Shown here one piece after another: positions 8,252-19,165 of a stretch of 64,000 nucleotides of DNA (position 1 is the stretch's first letter; each line of letters starts with the position of its first letter). The stretch comes from Bacteroidota bacterium (GTDB taxonomy: Bacteria; Bacteroidota; Bacteroidia; Flavobacteriales; Schleiferiaceae): positions 6,656-70,655 of the forward strand of contig PZPB01000004.1 of the NCBI GenBank assembly GCA_003045865.1, read 5' to 3'. The position numbers and the translations under genes were made by a program. The notes below the pieces were generated by a model that was not told where the DNA came from, did not search any database, and saw nothing but the letters and a program-made list of their open reading frames with translations.

Positions 8252-11233
8252 ATGGCTGAAAAGTCGCTACGACTTAGTCAACTGGCAAAAGAGTGTAATA
8301 TTGGAGTAAGCACGGTTTCTGATTTTCTTCAGCAACTAGGTGTGGAGGAAAAGTTACGCCCAAATACCAAAGTTTCTGGAGATTATATCCAGAAGGTTAT
8401 GGAAAAGTTTGCGCCAGACAAAGCTAAAAAAGAAGCTTCTGAAGAAGTAGTTCGGAAGAAGCAAGAGGAAAAAGAAGCAATGTTGCGTGAGCGCGAAGAA
8501 GAACGCGCAGCGGAGGAGGCTTCTAAACCTATTTTGGCAGGACCTAAAATGGTTGGTAAAATAGATTTGGAGTCGAAAGCTAAACCTGCAAGTAAAGAGG
8601 AACAACCTAAGCCTAAAGCTCCGGAGCCGAAAGAAGAAACTCCGGAAATAATTGCGGAAACTCCTGCTCCAGTGGAAGCACCTCCAAAAGAAGAGCCTAA
8701 AGCAGAGGAAATTTCAGCTCCTAAAGAGCTTGAAAAAGAGGTTAAGGCCGAAGAGCCGAAAGCTGAGCCAAGTGCTGAGGAGAAAGTAGATAACCCAGTT
8801 ATAGAGCTTCCTGTCAAAGAAGAGCCTTTAGCCAAAGAAGAACCGAAAGCCGCTGAAAAGCAGGCAGAGGAAATCCCTGCAGTTGAAGAGAAAAAGGAAG
8901 AACCAAAGAAAGCTTCAAATAAACCAGCCGCAGAGAAACCGGTGGTGCGTTTCACTAAGGCCATTCCGAAGGAAGAGCCCAAGGTAATGCCGAAAGAGGC
9001 AGCAGAACCTGCCGAAGCAGATGCTCAATCAGTAGAAGCTCCAAAAGAAAATAATGACATTACTACCAAATATGCTAAACTTAGTGGCCCTAAGTTTACG
9101 GGTGAAAAGGTAGACCTTAGTAAGTTTGAAAAGAAACCCAAGAAGAAAGTAGCTTCTAGTGTTGACAATAAGGCCGATCTAAATAAAAAGCGTAAGCGTA
9201 AGAGAATTCCGAGCGCTGGTGAAACTAATGCGAATGCACGTCCTGGTCAAACAGGTGGCGGAGCTAGGTCCACTGGTCCGAATAAAGGAAGACCAAATCG
9301 CGGAGCGAAGCCAGAACCGAAACGTGAGTTAACCGAGGAAGAAGTTCAAAAGCAAATTAAAGAAACCCTAGAAAAATTAACTAGCGGTGGGCGTAAGAAT
9401 AAAGGGGCTAAACTTCGTCGTGAGAAACGTCAGGAAAGGAGAGAGCAAGATGCCCTGAACGAGGCCATACAGCAAGAGGAGGATAAAATTATTAAGGTAA
9501 CAGAATTTGTAACCGTAAGTGAATTAGCAAATATGATGGATGTTGGGGCAACCCAGATTATCTCATCGTGCATGTCACTAGGTATGATGGTAACCTTAAA
9601 TCAGCGTCTTGATGCCGAAACCTTAACGATTGTGGCTGACGAATTCGGATTCCAAGTAGAGTTCGTAGATTCTGAAGTAACAGATGCTATTGCGGAAGAG
9701 GCAGATTTAGAAGAAGATTTACTACCCCGTGCGCCAATTGTAACGGTAATGGGTCACGTTGATCACGGTAAAACATCTTTACTGGATTATATCCGTAAGG
9801 CCAATGTTATAGCTGGTGAATCGGGTGGTATTACTCAGCATATTGGGGCTTATTCTGTTGAAATTGAAAGTGGACAACACATTACTTTCCTCGACACTCC
9901 TGGGCATGAAGCTTTTACAGCGATGCGCGCGAGAGGTGCCAAGGTTACTGATGTTGCCATTATCGTAGTTGCAGCGGATGATGCAGTAATGCCTCAAACC
10001 AAAGAAGCTATTAGCCATGCGCAGGCGGCAGGTGTACCAATCGTATTTGCGATTAACAAGGTAGACCGTGACGTTGCCAATCCTGAAAAGATTAAAGAGC
10101 AATTGGCACAAATGAACCTTCTAGTAGAAGACTGGGGTGGAAAAGTACAATCGCAAGATATTTCTGCTAAGTCGGGTCTTGGGGTAAATGAGATCTTAGA
10201 AAAAGTATTGCTAGAAGCAGAAATGCTAAACTTAAGAGCTAACCCTAATCGTCGTGCGAGCGGTGCTGTGATTGAAGCAGCCTTAGACAAAGGTCGTGGA
10301 TACGTAACCACTATCTTGGTGCAAAATGGCACCTTGAAAATTGGTGATTATGTTTTAGCTGGACAGTATAGTGGTAAGGTTAAAGCCATGTTAGATGAAA
10401 GAGGTCATCGTGTTGATGTAGCAGGTCCTGCTCGTCCGGTAACTATTCTTGGTTTAGATGGCGCGCCCCAAGCTGGTGATAATTTCACCGTAATGGAGGA
10501 TGAGCGTGAAGCAAAACAAATTGCAGCGAAACGAACTCAGTTACAACGCGAGCAAAGCGCACGTTCGCAGAAAAACCTGACGCTCGAAGAAATTGGCCGT
10601 CGTTTAGCGGTTGGAGATTTCCAAGAATTAAATGTTATCGTTAAAGGTGATGTGGATGGTTCTATTGAGGCATTAGCTGACAGCTTACAGAAACTGTCCA
10701 CCGAGGAGATTCAAGTAAACATTATCCACAAGGCAGTAGGTCAGATTTCGGAAGGTGATATCCTTCTTGCAGCCGCATCGAATGCTATTATTGTTGGATT
10801 CCAAGTACGACCATCTTCAAGCGCTAGAAGATTAGCAGAGAAAGAACATGTAGACGTAAGACTTTACTCTATTATCTACGATGCGATTAACGAAATTAAA
10901 GATGCGATGGAAGGTATGCTTTCACCAGACTTTAAAGAGGAAATCGTATGTAATGTGGAAATCCGTGAAACCTTTAAAATCTCTAAGGTGGGTACGATTG
11001 CAGGTTGTTATGTACTAGATGGAACCATTACGCGTAACACCGATGTTCGTATTATTCGCGACGGCGTAGTAGTTTATACTGGCGAATTAGCTTCTTTGAA
11101 ACGTTTCAAAGACGATGTGAAAGAGGTTAAGAAAGGCTACGAGTGTGGATTGAATATCAAGAATTATAATGATATTAGAGTTGGCGATATTATCGAGGGC
11201 TACCAACAAGTAGAAGTGAAGAAAACGCTATAA
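8252..11233 (+). CDS. infB: Translation initiation factor IF-2
   Basis: [21 protein letters not shown]-terminal GYECG; long E/K/P-rich N-terminal region. Confidence 0.98.
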   Translation: MAEKSLRLSQLAKECNIGVSTVSDFLQQLGVEEKLRPNTKVSGDYIQKVMEKFAPDKAKKEASEEVVRKKQEEKEAMLREREEERAAEEASKPILAGPKMVGKIDLESKAKPASKEEQPKPKAPEPKEETPEIIAETPAPVEAPPKEEPKAEEISAPKELEKEVKAEEPKAEPSAEEKVDNPVIELPVKEEPLAKEEPKAAEKQAEEIPAVEEKKEEPKKASNKPAAEKPVVRFTKAIPKEEPKVMPKEAAEPAEADAQSVEAPKENNDITTKYAKLSGPKFTGEKVDLSKFEKKPKKKVASSVDNKADLNKKRKRKRIPSAGETNANARPGQTGGGARSTGPNKGRPNRGAKPEPKRELTEEEVQKQIKETLEKLTSGGRKNKGAKLRREKRQERREQDALNEAIQQEEDKIIKVTEFVTVSELANMMDVGATQIISSCMSLGMMVTLNQRLDAETLTIVADEFGFQVEFVDSEVTDAIAEEADLEEDLLPRAPIVTVMGHVDHGKTSLLDYIRKANVIAGESGGITQHIGAYSVEIESGQHITFLDTPGHEAFTAMRARGAKVTDVAIIVVAADDAVMPQTKEAISHAQAAGVPIVFAINKVDRDVANPEKIKEQLAQMNLLVEDWGGKVQSQDISAKSGLGVNEILEKVLLEAEMLNLRANPNRRASGAVIEAALDKGRGYVTTILVQNGTLKIGDYVLAGQYSGKVKAMLDERGHRVDVAGPARPVTILGLDGAPQAGDNFTVMEDEREAKQIAAKRTQLQREQSARSQKNLTLEEIGRRLAVGDFQELNVIVKGDVDGSIEALADSLQKLSTEEIQVNIIHKAVGQISEGDILLAAASNAIIVGFQVRPSSSARRLAEKEHVDVRLYSIIYDAINEIKDAMEGMLSPDFKEEIVCNVEIRETFKISKVGTIAGCYVLDGTITRNTDVRIIRDGVVVYTGELASLKRFKDDVKEVKKGYECGLNIKNYNDIRVGDIIEGYQQVEVKKTL

Positions 11234-11252
11234 TTAAATAGCTCATATATTT

Positions 11253-11283
11253 AAAAGCCGACTTGAAAAAGTCGGCTTTTTTT
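11253..11283 (+). terminator. Terminator after infB
   Basis: AAAAGCCGACTT-GAA-AAAGTCGGCTTTTTTT hairpin with U tract. Confidence 0.85.
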
Positions 11284-11593
11284 ATGCTCGATAAATTTTG
11301 GTATTTCTTTGGAGGTGAAATGAAGATGCGAAATTGTTGTTTTTCACCCTACCCTTGTGGGTGATTTTTTGAAATAAGAGCACAACATCTTAAAGAATAA
11401 CTTAGAAGCAATCGTATTTTACTCACCTATCTTTTAAATGTAATGATACAAGGGCATCTGTATTTGCTGTCAGTCTTCAAAAAGCTAACAATTAATCTTT
11501 GGCGCATATTAATTTACAAAAGGCTGCAAACTTAAAGCTGATCCGTTAAAAGTGGTTTTAAAGAACGCAGTAATCGATGCTAATCCCTAATCC

Positions 11594-12010
11594 CTAATCC
11601 TCCAAATTTAGCTTCGGATATTTTATGTTAGTCTCTACCACAAAACTTCCTGGGAATTCGTTTATTAAATTTCGCAGGAAGGCTTCCGCCTCCAAGCGCG
11701 TTCTAAAATCGCCGATTTGAGTGCGGTATTCAGGTACTTCATACAATAAATAGGCGGGAACATTTCGGTAAGCTTTTAAAAATTGCCATCTTTGCTTTAG
11801 GCAGTCATTTTTATTTCCGTTAAAAATTTGCACCCGAAAACCTTTCAACTCCTGAAATTTCCCCCCTTTACGTTGCATTAAGAAGAGGGTGTTTTGCACA
11901 GCCGGACTCATTTCCACTCGAGCAGCACCTGAGTTTGGTGAAATAGTTTGTGCATCTAATTGAAAGCCAAAGAGCAAGAAAAAAAGGAAGAGGATTGAAT
12001 TTTTAAGCAT
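11594..12010 (-). CDS. Exported SPOR domain-containing protein
   Basis: Signal peptide ending DAQ; GFRVQIFNG...YRTQIGDFRTRLEAE...FPGSFVV. Confidence 0.85.
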   Translation of the reverse strand: MLKNSILFLFFLLFGFQLDAQTISPNSGAARVEMSPAVQNTLFLMQRKGGKFQELKGFRVQIFNGNKNDCLKQRWQFLKAYRNVPAYLLYEVPEYRTQIGDFRTRLEAEAFLRNLINEFPGSFVVETNIKYPKLNLED

Positions 12011-12070
12011 GGTTTTAAAGTGAAATTAGATGTAAAAGTAGTTTATTTGCGTCCTGAAATAAACGGGGCA

Positions 12071-12078
12071 CAAAGTTA
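12071..12078 (-). promoter_or_regulatory. -7 element of the SPOR gene
   Basis: TAACTTTG on the minus strand. Confidence 0.55.
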
Positions 12079-12096
12079 TTTAGACCTAATTTAAAT
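12078..12096. promoter_or_regulatory. Imperfect palindrome, candidate Fur-type operator
   Basis: ATTTAGA-CCTAA-TTTAAAT, a 7-5-7 dyad with one mismatch, in the divergent SPOR/actA region. Confidence 0.45.
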
Positions 12097-12140
12097 TGTG
12101 ACGAGTCTTTATTGATCCTTTCGAGAAAGGCTTTATAGCT

Positions 12141-12148
12141 TAAATTTG
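12141..12148 (+). promoter_or_regulatory. -7 element of the act/cox operon
   Basis: TAAATTTG, 38 nt upstream of the actA ATG. Confidence 0.6.
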
Positions 12149-12186
12149 CCCTCCAAACTTAGAAATCTAGGATATTAGGTTCATCT

Positions 12187-13434
12187 ATGAATAAACAACG
12201 TACTCTCAGGCTGTTTTCGCATTCCTTCTTGATGCTATTTATTGCGGTACTTTCAGCAAGTACACTGCAGGCGCAAGAATTTACGGGGGATGTCGCTAAT
12301 GGAAAATCCTTGTTCAACGGGCAGTGTGCTGCCTGTCACAAGCTCGATAAAAAGGTGGTTGGTCCTGCTTTAGGGGATGTAACTACTCGTCGCTCCAAAG
12401 AATGGTTATATGCTTGGATTAAAGATAACCAAGCGCTTCGTGAGTCTGGTGATGCTGATGCTATCGCGATTTACGAGGAGTATAATGGTTCTATCATGCC
12501 AGCTTTCCCTGGTTTATCGGATGATGACATCAACGATATCTTAGCCTATACCATTGAAGGCTCGAAGCCCAAAGAGGTGATTGTAGATCCAAATGGTCCA
12601 GTTACGACGGTGGTAGCCGAAAATGATAACACCGTATTACTTTATATCCTTGGGGGTATCTTAATCTTCTTGGTGCTTTTACTGGCACGTGTAAAAAACA
12701 CCTTAAAGCAAGTACAGGGCGAGGGCGTAACGACGCTTGCGCAAGATGCCAATATATTCACCCGTACGGCCCTTAAGAACCCGCGTATAGTAACAGTTTT
12801 AACCCTTTTGGTAGCCGTAGTTTTCTTACAGCAGCTTTACTTAGGACTAATGGTAGTGAACGTTGATACAAACTATCAACCTAGTCAGCCCATAAAGTTC
12901 TCACATGAACTTCACGCAGGTACAAATCAGATTGACTGTAATTATTGCCATTCTGGTGCTAGAAAAAGTAAGCATTCGAATATTCCTTCTGCTAATGTTT
13001 GTATGAACTGCCATATGTACATCCAAGAAGGTCCTAAGTACGGTACCGAGGAAATTGCGAAGATTTATACGGCTATCGGTTTTGATCCGGAAAGTGGCAC
13101 TTACATCGAAGATTATGAGCAGAAACCTATTAAATGGGTTCGTATTCATAAGTTACCTGACTTAGCCTATTTTAATCATGCACAGCACGTAACTGCTGGT
13201 AACGTGGAATGTCAAACTTGCCATGGTCCTATTCAGGAAATGGAAGAAGTGTATCAGTACTCGCCCCTCACCATGGGATGGTGTATTAACTGTCACCGAG
13301 AAACTAAAGTAGATGTTAAGTCTAACGACTACTATAAGGATATGCATGCCAAGCTTAAAGGAAAGTATGGTCCGAATGCAGAAATCACCGTGGAAATGAT
13401 CGGTGGATTGGAATGTGGAAAATGTCACTATTAA
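12187..13434 (+). CDS. actA: Alternative complex III multiheme cytochrome c subunit
   Basis: Six CxxCH motifs: CAACH (N-terminal monoheme domain), CNYCH, CMNCH, CQTCH, CINCH, CGKCH; two internal TM helices. Confidence 0.93.
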   Translation: MNKQRTLRLFSHSFLMLFIAVLSASTLQAQEFTGDVANGKSLFNGQCAACHKLDKKVVGPALGDVTTRRSKEWLYAWIKDNQALRESGDADAIAIYEEYNGSIMPAFPGLSDDDINDILAYTIEGSKPKEVIVDPNGPVTTVVAENDNTVLLYILGGILIFLVLLLARVKNTLKQVQGEGVTTLAQDANIFTRTALKNPRIVTVLTLLVAVVFLQQLYLGLMVVNVDTNYQPSQPIKFSHELHAGTNQIDCNYCHSGARKSKHSNIPSANVCMNCHMYIQEGPKYGTEEIAKIYTAIGFDPESGTYIEDYEQKPIKWVRIHKLPDLAYFNHAQHVTAGNVECQTCHGPIQEMEEVYQYSPLTMGWCINCHRETKVDVKSNDYYKDMHAKLKGKYGPNAEITVEMIGGLECGKCHY

Positions 13435-13455
13435 AAGCTAAATCTCCAAAGTAGA

Positions 13456-16400
13456 ATGGCTGAAAACAAAAAATACTGGAGAGGAATTTCCGAGCTCGAG
13501 AATCCAGAAATGGTCAAAACTCTGAGTGAGCAAGAATTTCCTGATCAAATTTCAAATGAGGAGTTCTTAGGAAATAAAGAAAACCTAGATAGTACTCATA
13601 CTTCAAGACGTGATTTTCTAAAATACATGGGCTTCTCAACTGCCGCAGCAACTTTAGCTGCTTGCGAGAGTCCTGTATACGAATCACTTCCCTATGTAGT
13701 GGCGCCAGAGGAAATCATCCCGGGTATCGCTAATTACTATTCTTCAAGTTATTACGATGGTCATGATTTCGCTTCCTTGTTAATCAAAACAAGAGAAGGT
13801 CGTCCGATTAAAGTAGAGAACAATAAAGAAGCAGGTATCAATGCAAGTGCCAATACGCGTGTTCACGGTTCGGTACTTAATTTATACGATGCAACTCGCT
13901 TGCAAAGACCAGCCGTTAACGGTCAAGAGTCTAATTGGTCGAGCTTGGATAAAGAAATAATGGCGGGCTTGGCTAAAGCTGAAGCAGAAGGGAAACAAGT
14001 AGTGGTATTAACTTCTACAGTTTTGAGTCCTAGCCAAAAGAAATTGATCAACACTTTCGGCGCGAAGTACACCAACTTTAAGCATGTAAGTCAAGATCCT
14101 TTTAGCTATTCTGAGAAATTAGATGCTTGGCAAGAGGCTACTGGCAAGAGAGCTTTACCGATGTATCATTTCCAAAATGCCAAAGTTATTGTTAGTGTTG
14201 GCGCCGATTTCTTAGGGGATTGGGTTGGACAAAGTGTTAGCGCCGACTATGCCAAAACTCGTATACCGGGCAAGGATATGTCACGTCACTTTCAAATTGA
14301 AGCAGGCATGAGCCTAACGGGTTCTAATGCAGATAAGCGTTATAAGCTTAAAACTTCAGAACACGGTGAATTCTTAGCAGCTCTTTACAATGAGTTGGCT
14401 AGTGCCAAAGGAGCAAGTACTGTATCAGGTGTTAAATCATCTATGCAAAATGAGGCCAAAGCGGTGGCCAAAGAATTATTAAATGCCGGTAATGCTGGTT
14501 TAGTAATTTGTGGAGGCAATAATAAGGACCATGAGTTGCTTTGTATTGCTATTAACGACTTACTAGGCAATAAAGAGATTACCGTTTCTCATAAAATTAG
14601 AACTTATTTACGTCAGGGTGATAATAAAGCCTTCAAAGCTTTAATCGCCGACATGAATGCGGGTAAAGTGGGAGTGATTATCACTAACAACTTGAACCCG
14701 GCTTATGTTGCTGCTGGAATAGCCAATATAGCTGAGGCCTTCAAGAAGGTTCCAACTACAGTGGCTGTAACCATGAAGTACGACGAAACTGCACAAATTT
14801 CTAGTCTGGTTGCTGCAGAAAATAACTATTTAGAGTCTTGGGGCGATTTTATGGCAGCAGATGGGCATTATAGCCTTCAGCAGCCTACTATCAAGCCTTT
14901 ATTTGATACGCGTTCTTTCGAAGATAACTTATTAAAGTGGTCTGGTTTAAGTGCCGATTATCATAACTATATAAAAGAGAACTGGAATAGCAATATTCTT
15001 AACGGTACTCAATGGTCTACTGTCTTGCACGATGGTGTTTATACAGCAACTTCTAGTGCACCAATGATGGATGCGGTAGTAGAAGGATTTGGTTCAAGCC
15101 TAAATCTTGACTTAGCTGGTATCGGTGCTAGAGTGTCTAAAGAGGCCAAAGCAATAAAAGGTTTAGAAATAAACTTTAATCAGTTAACTGGTATGGGTGT
15201 GGGTACCATTGCTAATAACCCTTGGTTATTGGAATTCCCAGATCCGATTAGCCGTGTTAGCTGGGATAACTATTTAACGGTTGCTGCTGCAGATGCGGTA
15301 GAATTAGGTTTACGTCATTGGAATGAATCGAATGGTGCTTTAAACGGTAACCTAGCCAATGTAACTGTTAATGGTGTTGTTCTAGAAAATGTACCGGTGT
15401 TTATTCAGCCTGGTCAAACTATTGGAACCGTGGGTCTAGCTGTTGGTTTTGGTAGAGTAGGAGCTGGTGCTGTGGCTGATAAAGTGGGGGTAAATGCTTT
15501 CCCACTAATGGCGGGAGCTCACCATGCTGAAGTTAAAGTAGAGGCTATAGCAGAATCTAAGCATGAATTTGCCTGTATTCAATTAGCGCACACCATGATG
15601 GGTCGCGATATTGTTAAGGAAGTTACCTTAGATACATTCTTAGCGAGCCCAGGAAAAACAGAAGATTTTACGGGTTGGAATGAGCCACCACGTTTCGAAA
15701 CACATAAAGGTGCTTTAACGAGCGAAGACGCGAACCTATGGGATGATTTTGATCATCAGACTGGGCATATGTGGAATATGTCTATTGATCTTAACCTTTG
15801 TAACGGATGTGGTGCCTGTGTTATAGCTTGTCACTCCGAAAATAACGTACCGGTAGTTGGTAAAGAGGAAATGCGTAAGAGCCGTGATATGCACTGGTTG
15901 CGTATTGACCGATACTATAGCTCAGATATTACTACTGAAAATGCTGCGGCAAACGGCTACGAAGGGATAGGTTTATTTGGTAAAGGTGCTACCGATATGT
16001 ACGCTGATATGGAAGTACCAAGTCAGAGCCCTGAGGTATTCTTCCAACCGGTGATGTGTCAGCATTGTAATCATGCTCCATGTGAGACGGTTTGTCCAGT
16101 GGCAGCGACAACTCACTCTGCGGAAGGTTTAAACCACATGACTTACAACCGTTGTATTGGTACGCGTTACTGCGCCAACAACTGTCCATATAAAGTACGT
16201 CGCTTTAACTGGTTCGAGTATCATAACAATACCAAGAACTTTGGCGACAATTACGCTATGAATGAAGATTTAGGCCGTATGGTGTTAAATCCAGACGTAA
16301 CTGTGCGTTCACGTGGTGTAATGGAAAAATGCTCTATGTGTATCCAACGCATTCAGCTTGGTAAATTAGAGGCTAAGAAAGATGGTAAGGCTCTTAAAGA

Positions 16401-16587
16401 TGGTGCAGTTAAAACAGCCTGTCAGAGTGCTTGCGATACAAACGCTATTGTTTTTGGTGATGTGAATAACAACCAAAGTGAAGTGTTTAAATTGAAAAAA
16501 GACCAACGGATGTATCACCTTCTTGGAGAAGTTGGAACACAGCCATCGGTATTTTACCAAGTTAAAGTAAAGAATACAACTGCTTAA
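13456..16587 (+). CDS. actB: ACIII molybdopterin-oxidoreductase-like / Fe-S subunit (Tat-exported)
   Basis: KYWR N-terminus, SRRDFLK Tat motif, LAAC, Fe-S motifs CNGCGAC, CQHCNHAPC, CIGTRYC, CSMC. Confidence 0.95.
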   Translation: MAENKKYWRGISELENPEMVKTLSEQEFPDQISNEEFLGNKENLDSTHTSRRDFLKYMGFSTAAATLAACESPVYESLPYVVAPEEIIPGIANYYSSSYYDGHDFASLLIKTREGRPIKVENNKEAGINASANTRVHGSVLNLYDATRLQRPAVNGQESNWSSLDKEIMAGLAKAEAEGKQVVVLTSTVLSPSQKKLINTFGAKYTNFKHVSQDPFSYSEKLDAWQEATGKRALPMYHFQNAKVIVSVGADFLGDWVGQSVSADYAKTRIPGKDMSRHFQIEAGMSLTGSNADKRYKLKTSEHGEFLAALYNELASAKGASTVSGVKSSMQNEAKAVAKELLNAGNAGLVICGGNNKDHELLCIAINDLLGNKEITVSHKIRTYLRQGDNKAFKALIADMNAGKVGVIITNNLNPAYVAAGIANIAEAFKKVPTTVAVTMKYDETAQISSLVAAENNYLESWGDFMAADGHYSLQQPTIKPLFDTRSFEDNLLKWSGLSADYHNYIKENWNSNILNGTQWSTVLHDGVYTATSSAPMMDAVVEGFGSSLNLDLAGIGARVSKEAKAIKGLEINFNQLTGMGVGTIANNPWLLEFPDPISRVSWDNYLTVAAADAVELGLRHWNESNGALNGNLANVTVNGVVLENVPVFIQPGQTIGTVGLAVGFGRVGAGAVADKVGVNAFPLMAGAHHAEVKVEAIAESKHEFACIQLAHTMMGRDIVKEVTLDTFLASPGKTEDFTGWNEPPRFETHKGALTSEDANLWDDFDHQTGHMWNMSIDLNLCNGCGACVIACHSENNVPVVGKEEMRKSRDMHWLRIDRYYSSDITTENAAANGYEGIGLFGKGATDMYADMEVPSQSPEVFFQPVMCQHCNHAPCETVCPVAATTHSAEGLNHMTYNRCIGTRYCANNCPYKVRRFNWFEYHNNTKNFGDNYAMNEDLGRMVLNPDVTVRSRGVMEKCSMCIQRIQLGKLEAKKDGKALKDGAVKTACQSACDTNAIVFGDVNNNQSEVFKLKKDQRMYHLLGEVGTQPSVFYQVKVKNTTA

Positions 16588-16602
16588 ATTTAAAGGAAAT
16601 TC

Positions 16603-17997
16603 ATGCATTACGAAGCGCCAATACGTAAACCTTTAATTGAGGGCGACAAATCGTACCACGACATAACATTAGATGTTGTTCGTCCGGTTGAGTCATCCGC
16701 ACCAAGATCTTGGTGGATTGTGTTTAGCCTTGCCTTAGTCGCATTTTTATGGGGAGTAGGATGTATCCTATACACCATCGGAGTGGGAATTGGCACCTGG
16801 GGTTTGAATAAAACTGTAGGTTGGGCTTGGGATATTACCAATTTTGTGTGGTGGGTAGGAATCGGTCACGCCGGTACTCTTATCTCCGCGGTACTCTTAT
16901 TATTCCGTCAGAAATGGAGAATGTCAATTAACCGTTCTGCGGAAGCGATGACTATTTTCTCAGTAATTCAAGCAGCTCTTTTCCCTGGTATTCACATGGG
17001 ACGTATCTGGATGGCTTATTTTGTATTACCTATTCCTAACCAATTCGGTTCTTTGTGGGTAAACTTTAATTCACCTTTACTTTGGGATGTGTTCGCAATA
17101 TCAACTTACTTCTCTGTATCAGTTGTTTTCTGGTATGTAGGTTTAATACCTGATTTCGCGATGATTCGTGATCGTGCCGTAAAACCTGTACAAAAACATA
17201 TCTACAAAATCTTAAGTTTTGGTTGGGGTGGAAAAGCAAAACACTGGCAACGTTTCGAGGAGGTATCTTTGGTACTAGCAGGTTTGGCGACCCCTTTGGT
17301 ACTTTCGGTACACACTATTGTATCGATGGACTTTGCTACCTCGGTAATTCCAGGTTGGCACACCACTATCTTTCCTCCCTATTTTGTGGCAGGTGCGATT
17401 TTCTCTGGTTTCGCCATGGTACAGACCCTTTTGATTATTGTAAGAAAAGTATTCTCTATGGAGGAATACATTACTATTCAGCACATTGAAATGATGAATA
17501 TTGTAATTATGCTTACGGGATCTATTGTAGGTGTGGCTTACATTACCGAGTTATTTATCGCTTGGTATTCGGGCGTAGAATATGAACAATACGCTTTTCT
17601 TAATAGAGCAACTGGTCCTTACTGGTGGGCATATTGGAGCATGATGACTTGCAACGTTTTTTCACCACAGTTTATGTGGTTCAAGAAGCTAAGAACAAGT
17701 ATAATGTTCACCTTCTTCATCTCTATTATAGTAAATATTGGTATGTGGTTCGAGCGTTTCGTGATTATCGTGACCTCTCTACATCGCGATTATTTACCCT
17801 CTAGCTGGAGTATGTTCTCGCCTACTTTCGTAGATATTGGCATCTTCATCGGTACAATCGGTTTCTTCTTTGTATTATTTCTACTTTATGCACGTACCTT
17901 CCCGGTAATTGCTCAAGCGGAATTGAAAACAATTTTGAAATCATCTGGAGATAATTATAAGAAACTTCAAGAGCAAGAAGATCATGGCGACCACTAA
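16603..17997 (+). CDS. actC: ACIII quinol-binding NrfD-family membrane subunit
   Basis: WDITNFVWWVGIGHAGTLISA, HMGR, SPLLWD, GMWFERF. Confidence 0.95.
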   Translation: MHYEAPIRKPLIEGDKSYHDITLDVVRPVESSAPRSWWIVFSLALVAFLWGVGCILYTIGVGIGTWGLNKTVGWAWDITNFVWWVGIGHAGTLISAVLLLFRQKWRMSINRSAEAMTIFSVIQAALFPGIHMGRIWMAYFVLPIPNQFGSLWVNFNSPLLWDVFAISTYFSVSVVFWYVGLIPDFAMIRDRAVKPVQKHIYKILSFGWGGKAKHWQRFEEVSLVLAGLATPLVLSVHTIVSMDFATSVIPGWHTTIFPPYFVAGAIFSGFAMVQTLLIIVRKVFSMEEYITIQHIEMMNIVIMLTGSIVGVAYITELFIAWYSGVEYEQYAFLNRATGPYWWAYWSMMTCNVFSPQFMWFKKLRTSIMFTFFISIIVNIGMWFERFVIIVTSLHRDYLPSSWSMFSPTFVDIGIFIGTIGFFFVLFLLYARTFPVIAQAELKTILKSSGDNYKKLQEQEDHGDH

Positions 17998-18523
17998 CCA
18001 AATTATAGTAAATGCCTTATACGACGATGACGACGTATTATTGGCAGGTGTAAAACAAGTGCGCGAAAAGGGCTTAGAGATACAGGAAGTGTATTCTCCT
18101 TTTCCAGTACATGGCTTGGATAAGGCTATGGGCTTAAAAGAAACACGGATTGCTATTGCTGCCTTCATGTACGGGCTTTTAGGATTAACCACTGCCATTA
18201 GCATGACTTATGGTATGTTGATAATCGATTGGCCCATGAATATTGGGGGTAAGCCGAGTTTTACTTGGGGAGAGAACATGCCAGCTTTCGTTCCTATAAT
18301 GTTCGAATTAACCGTATTCTTTGCGGCGCACTTAATGGTTTGGACTTTCTTCTTTAGAAATAAAATTTATCCAGGATGTAAGGCTCAAAACCCAGATCCT
18401 AGAACTACGGATGACAAATTCCTTATGGAAGTTGTATCTAGCGGCGATACAGAAGAATTAATGAGCTTATTAAAGCAAACTGGTGCTATTGAGGTAAGTG
18501 TAAACAACGCGGAACATGCTTAA
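17984..18523 (+). CDS. actD: ACIII subunit D (DUF3341)
   Basis: YSPFPVHGL, WPMNIGGKP, PIMFELTV, DPRTTDDKF. Confidence 0.92.
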   Translation: MATTNQIIVNALYDDDDVLLAGVKQVREKGLEIQEVYSPFPVHGLDKAMGLKETRIAIAAFMYGLLGLTTAISMTYGMLIIDWPMNIGGKPSFTWGENMPAFVPIMFELTVFFAAHLMVWTFFFRNKIYPGCKAQNPDPRTTDDKFLMEVVSSGDTEELMSLLKQTGAIEVSVNNAEHA

Positions 18524-19121
18524 GAGACAATTAGTGAAAAACATAGCTTTACTGCTAAGTGCAGGGCTGTTAATCAGCTCTTGTAAGCAAGAAGAAAATC
18601 ATAGAGGCTACCAATATATGCCAGATATGTATGATGGCCCCGCTTTGGAAGCTTACGCAGGTTATGATCAATTTGGGGACAGCATATCATCTCTTAAACC
18701 TGTGGAGGGTACTGTTTCTAGAGGCTTTATGAGCTATCAAGAATATAGCCCCGACGCGGATGGATATGCAATGGCTAAGGCCGAAATGCAAATGCCTGAT
18801 GGTATTATGGCTGATGAGAAGACTATGGCGGAAGCCAAAGAGCTTTATAATATATTCTGTACACATTGCCACGGTGATAAGGGTATGGGACAAGGTATTT
18901 TGGTTAAGAACGAAAAATTCTTAGGCGTACCCTCTTATGGTGATAGAGATATTAATTTCGGTACAATCTTCCACGTAATAACATACGGTAAAGGGGTGAT
19001 GGGTTCACATGCCTCTCAAGTTACTCCGGAAGAAAGATGGAAATTAGCTCTTTATGTGATGAAGTTGAAAAGCGACATGACGCCCAAAGAAGAAACGACT
19101 ACCGAGGGTAGCGGAGAGTAA
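18516..19121 (+). CDS. actE: ACIII monoheme cytochrome c lipoprotein
   Basis: Lipobox ISSC, YMPDM, CTHCH, axial Met in GVMGSH. Confidence 0.92.
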   Translation: MLKRQLVKNIALLLSAGLLISSCKQEENHRGYQYMPDMYDGPALEAYAGYDQFGDSISSLKPVEGTVSRGFMSYQEYSPDADGYAMAKAEMQMPDGIMADEKTMAEAKELYNIFCTHCHGDKGMGQGILVKNEKFLGVPSYGDRDINFGTIFHVITYGKGVMGSHASQVTPEERWKLALYVMKLKSDMTPKEETTTEGSGE

Positions 19122-19165
19122 ACTGACTAGATAAAGCATTAAAACAATCTTTTAACTATTATAAG

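Noticed and set aside
8383-8982. 199-aa antisense ORF in infB, plus similar ones at 41753-42250, 37168-37527 and 62660-63013
   Set aside because: Shadow frames of codon-biased or low-complexity real genes, with no motifs of their own
8560-9000. Repeated EEPK(AE) units in IF-2
   Set aside because: Degenerate at the DNA level and within the known variable low-complexity IF-2 N-terminus; not an array or mobile element
11580-11600. CTAATCC x3 tandem repeat at the SPOR gene stop
   Set aside because: Too short; likely slippage with no evident function
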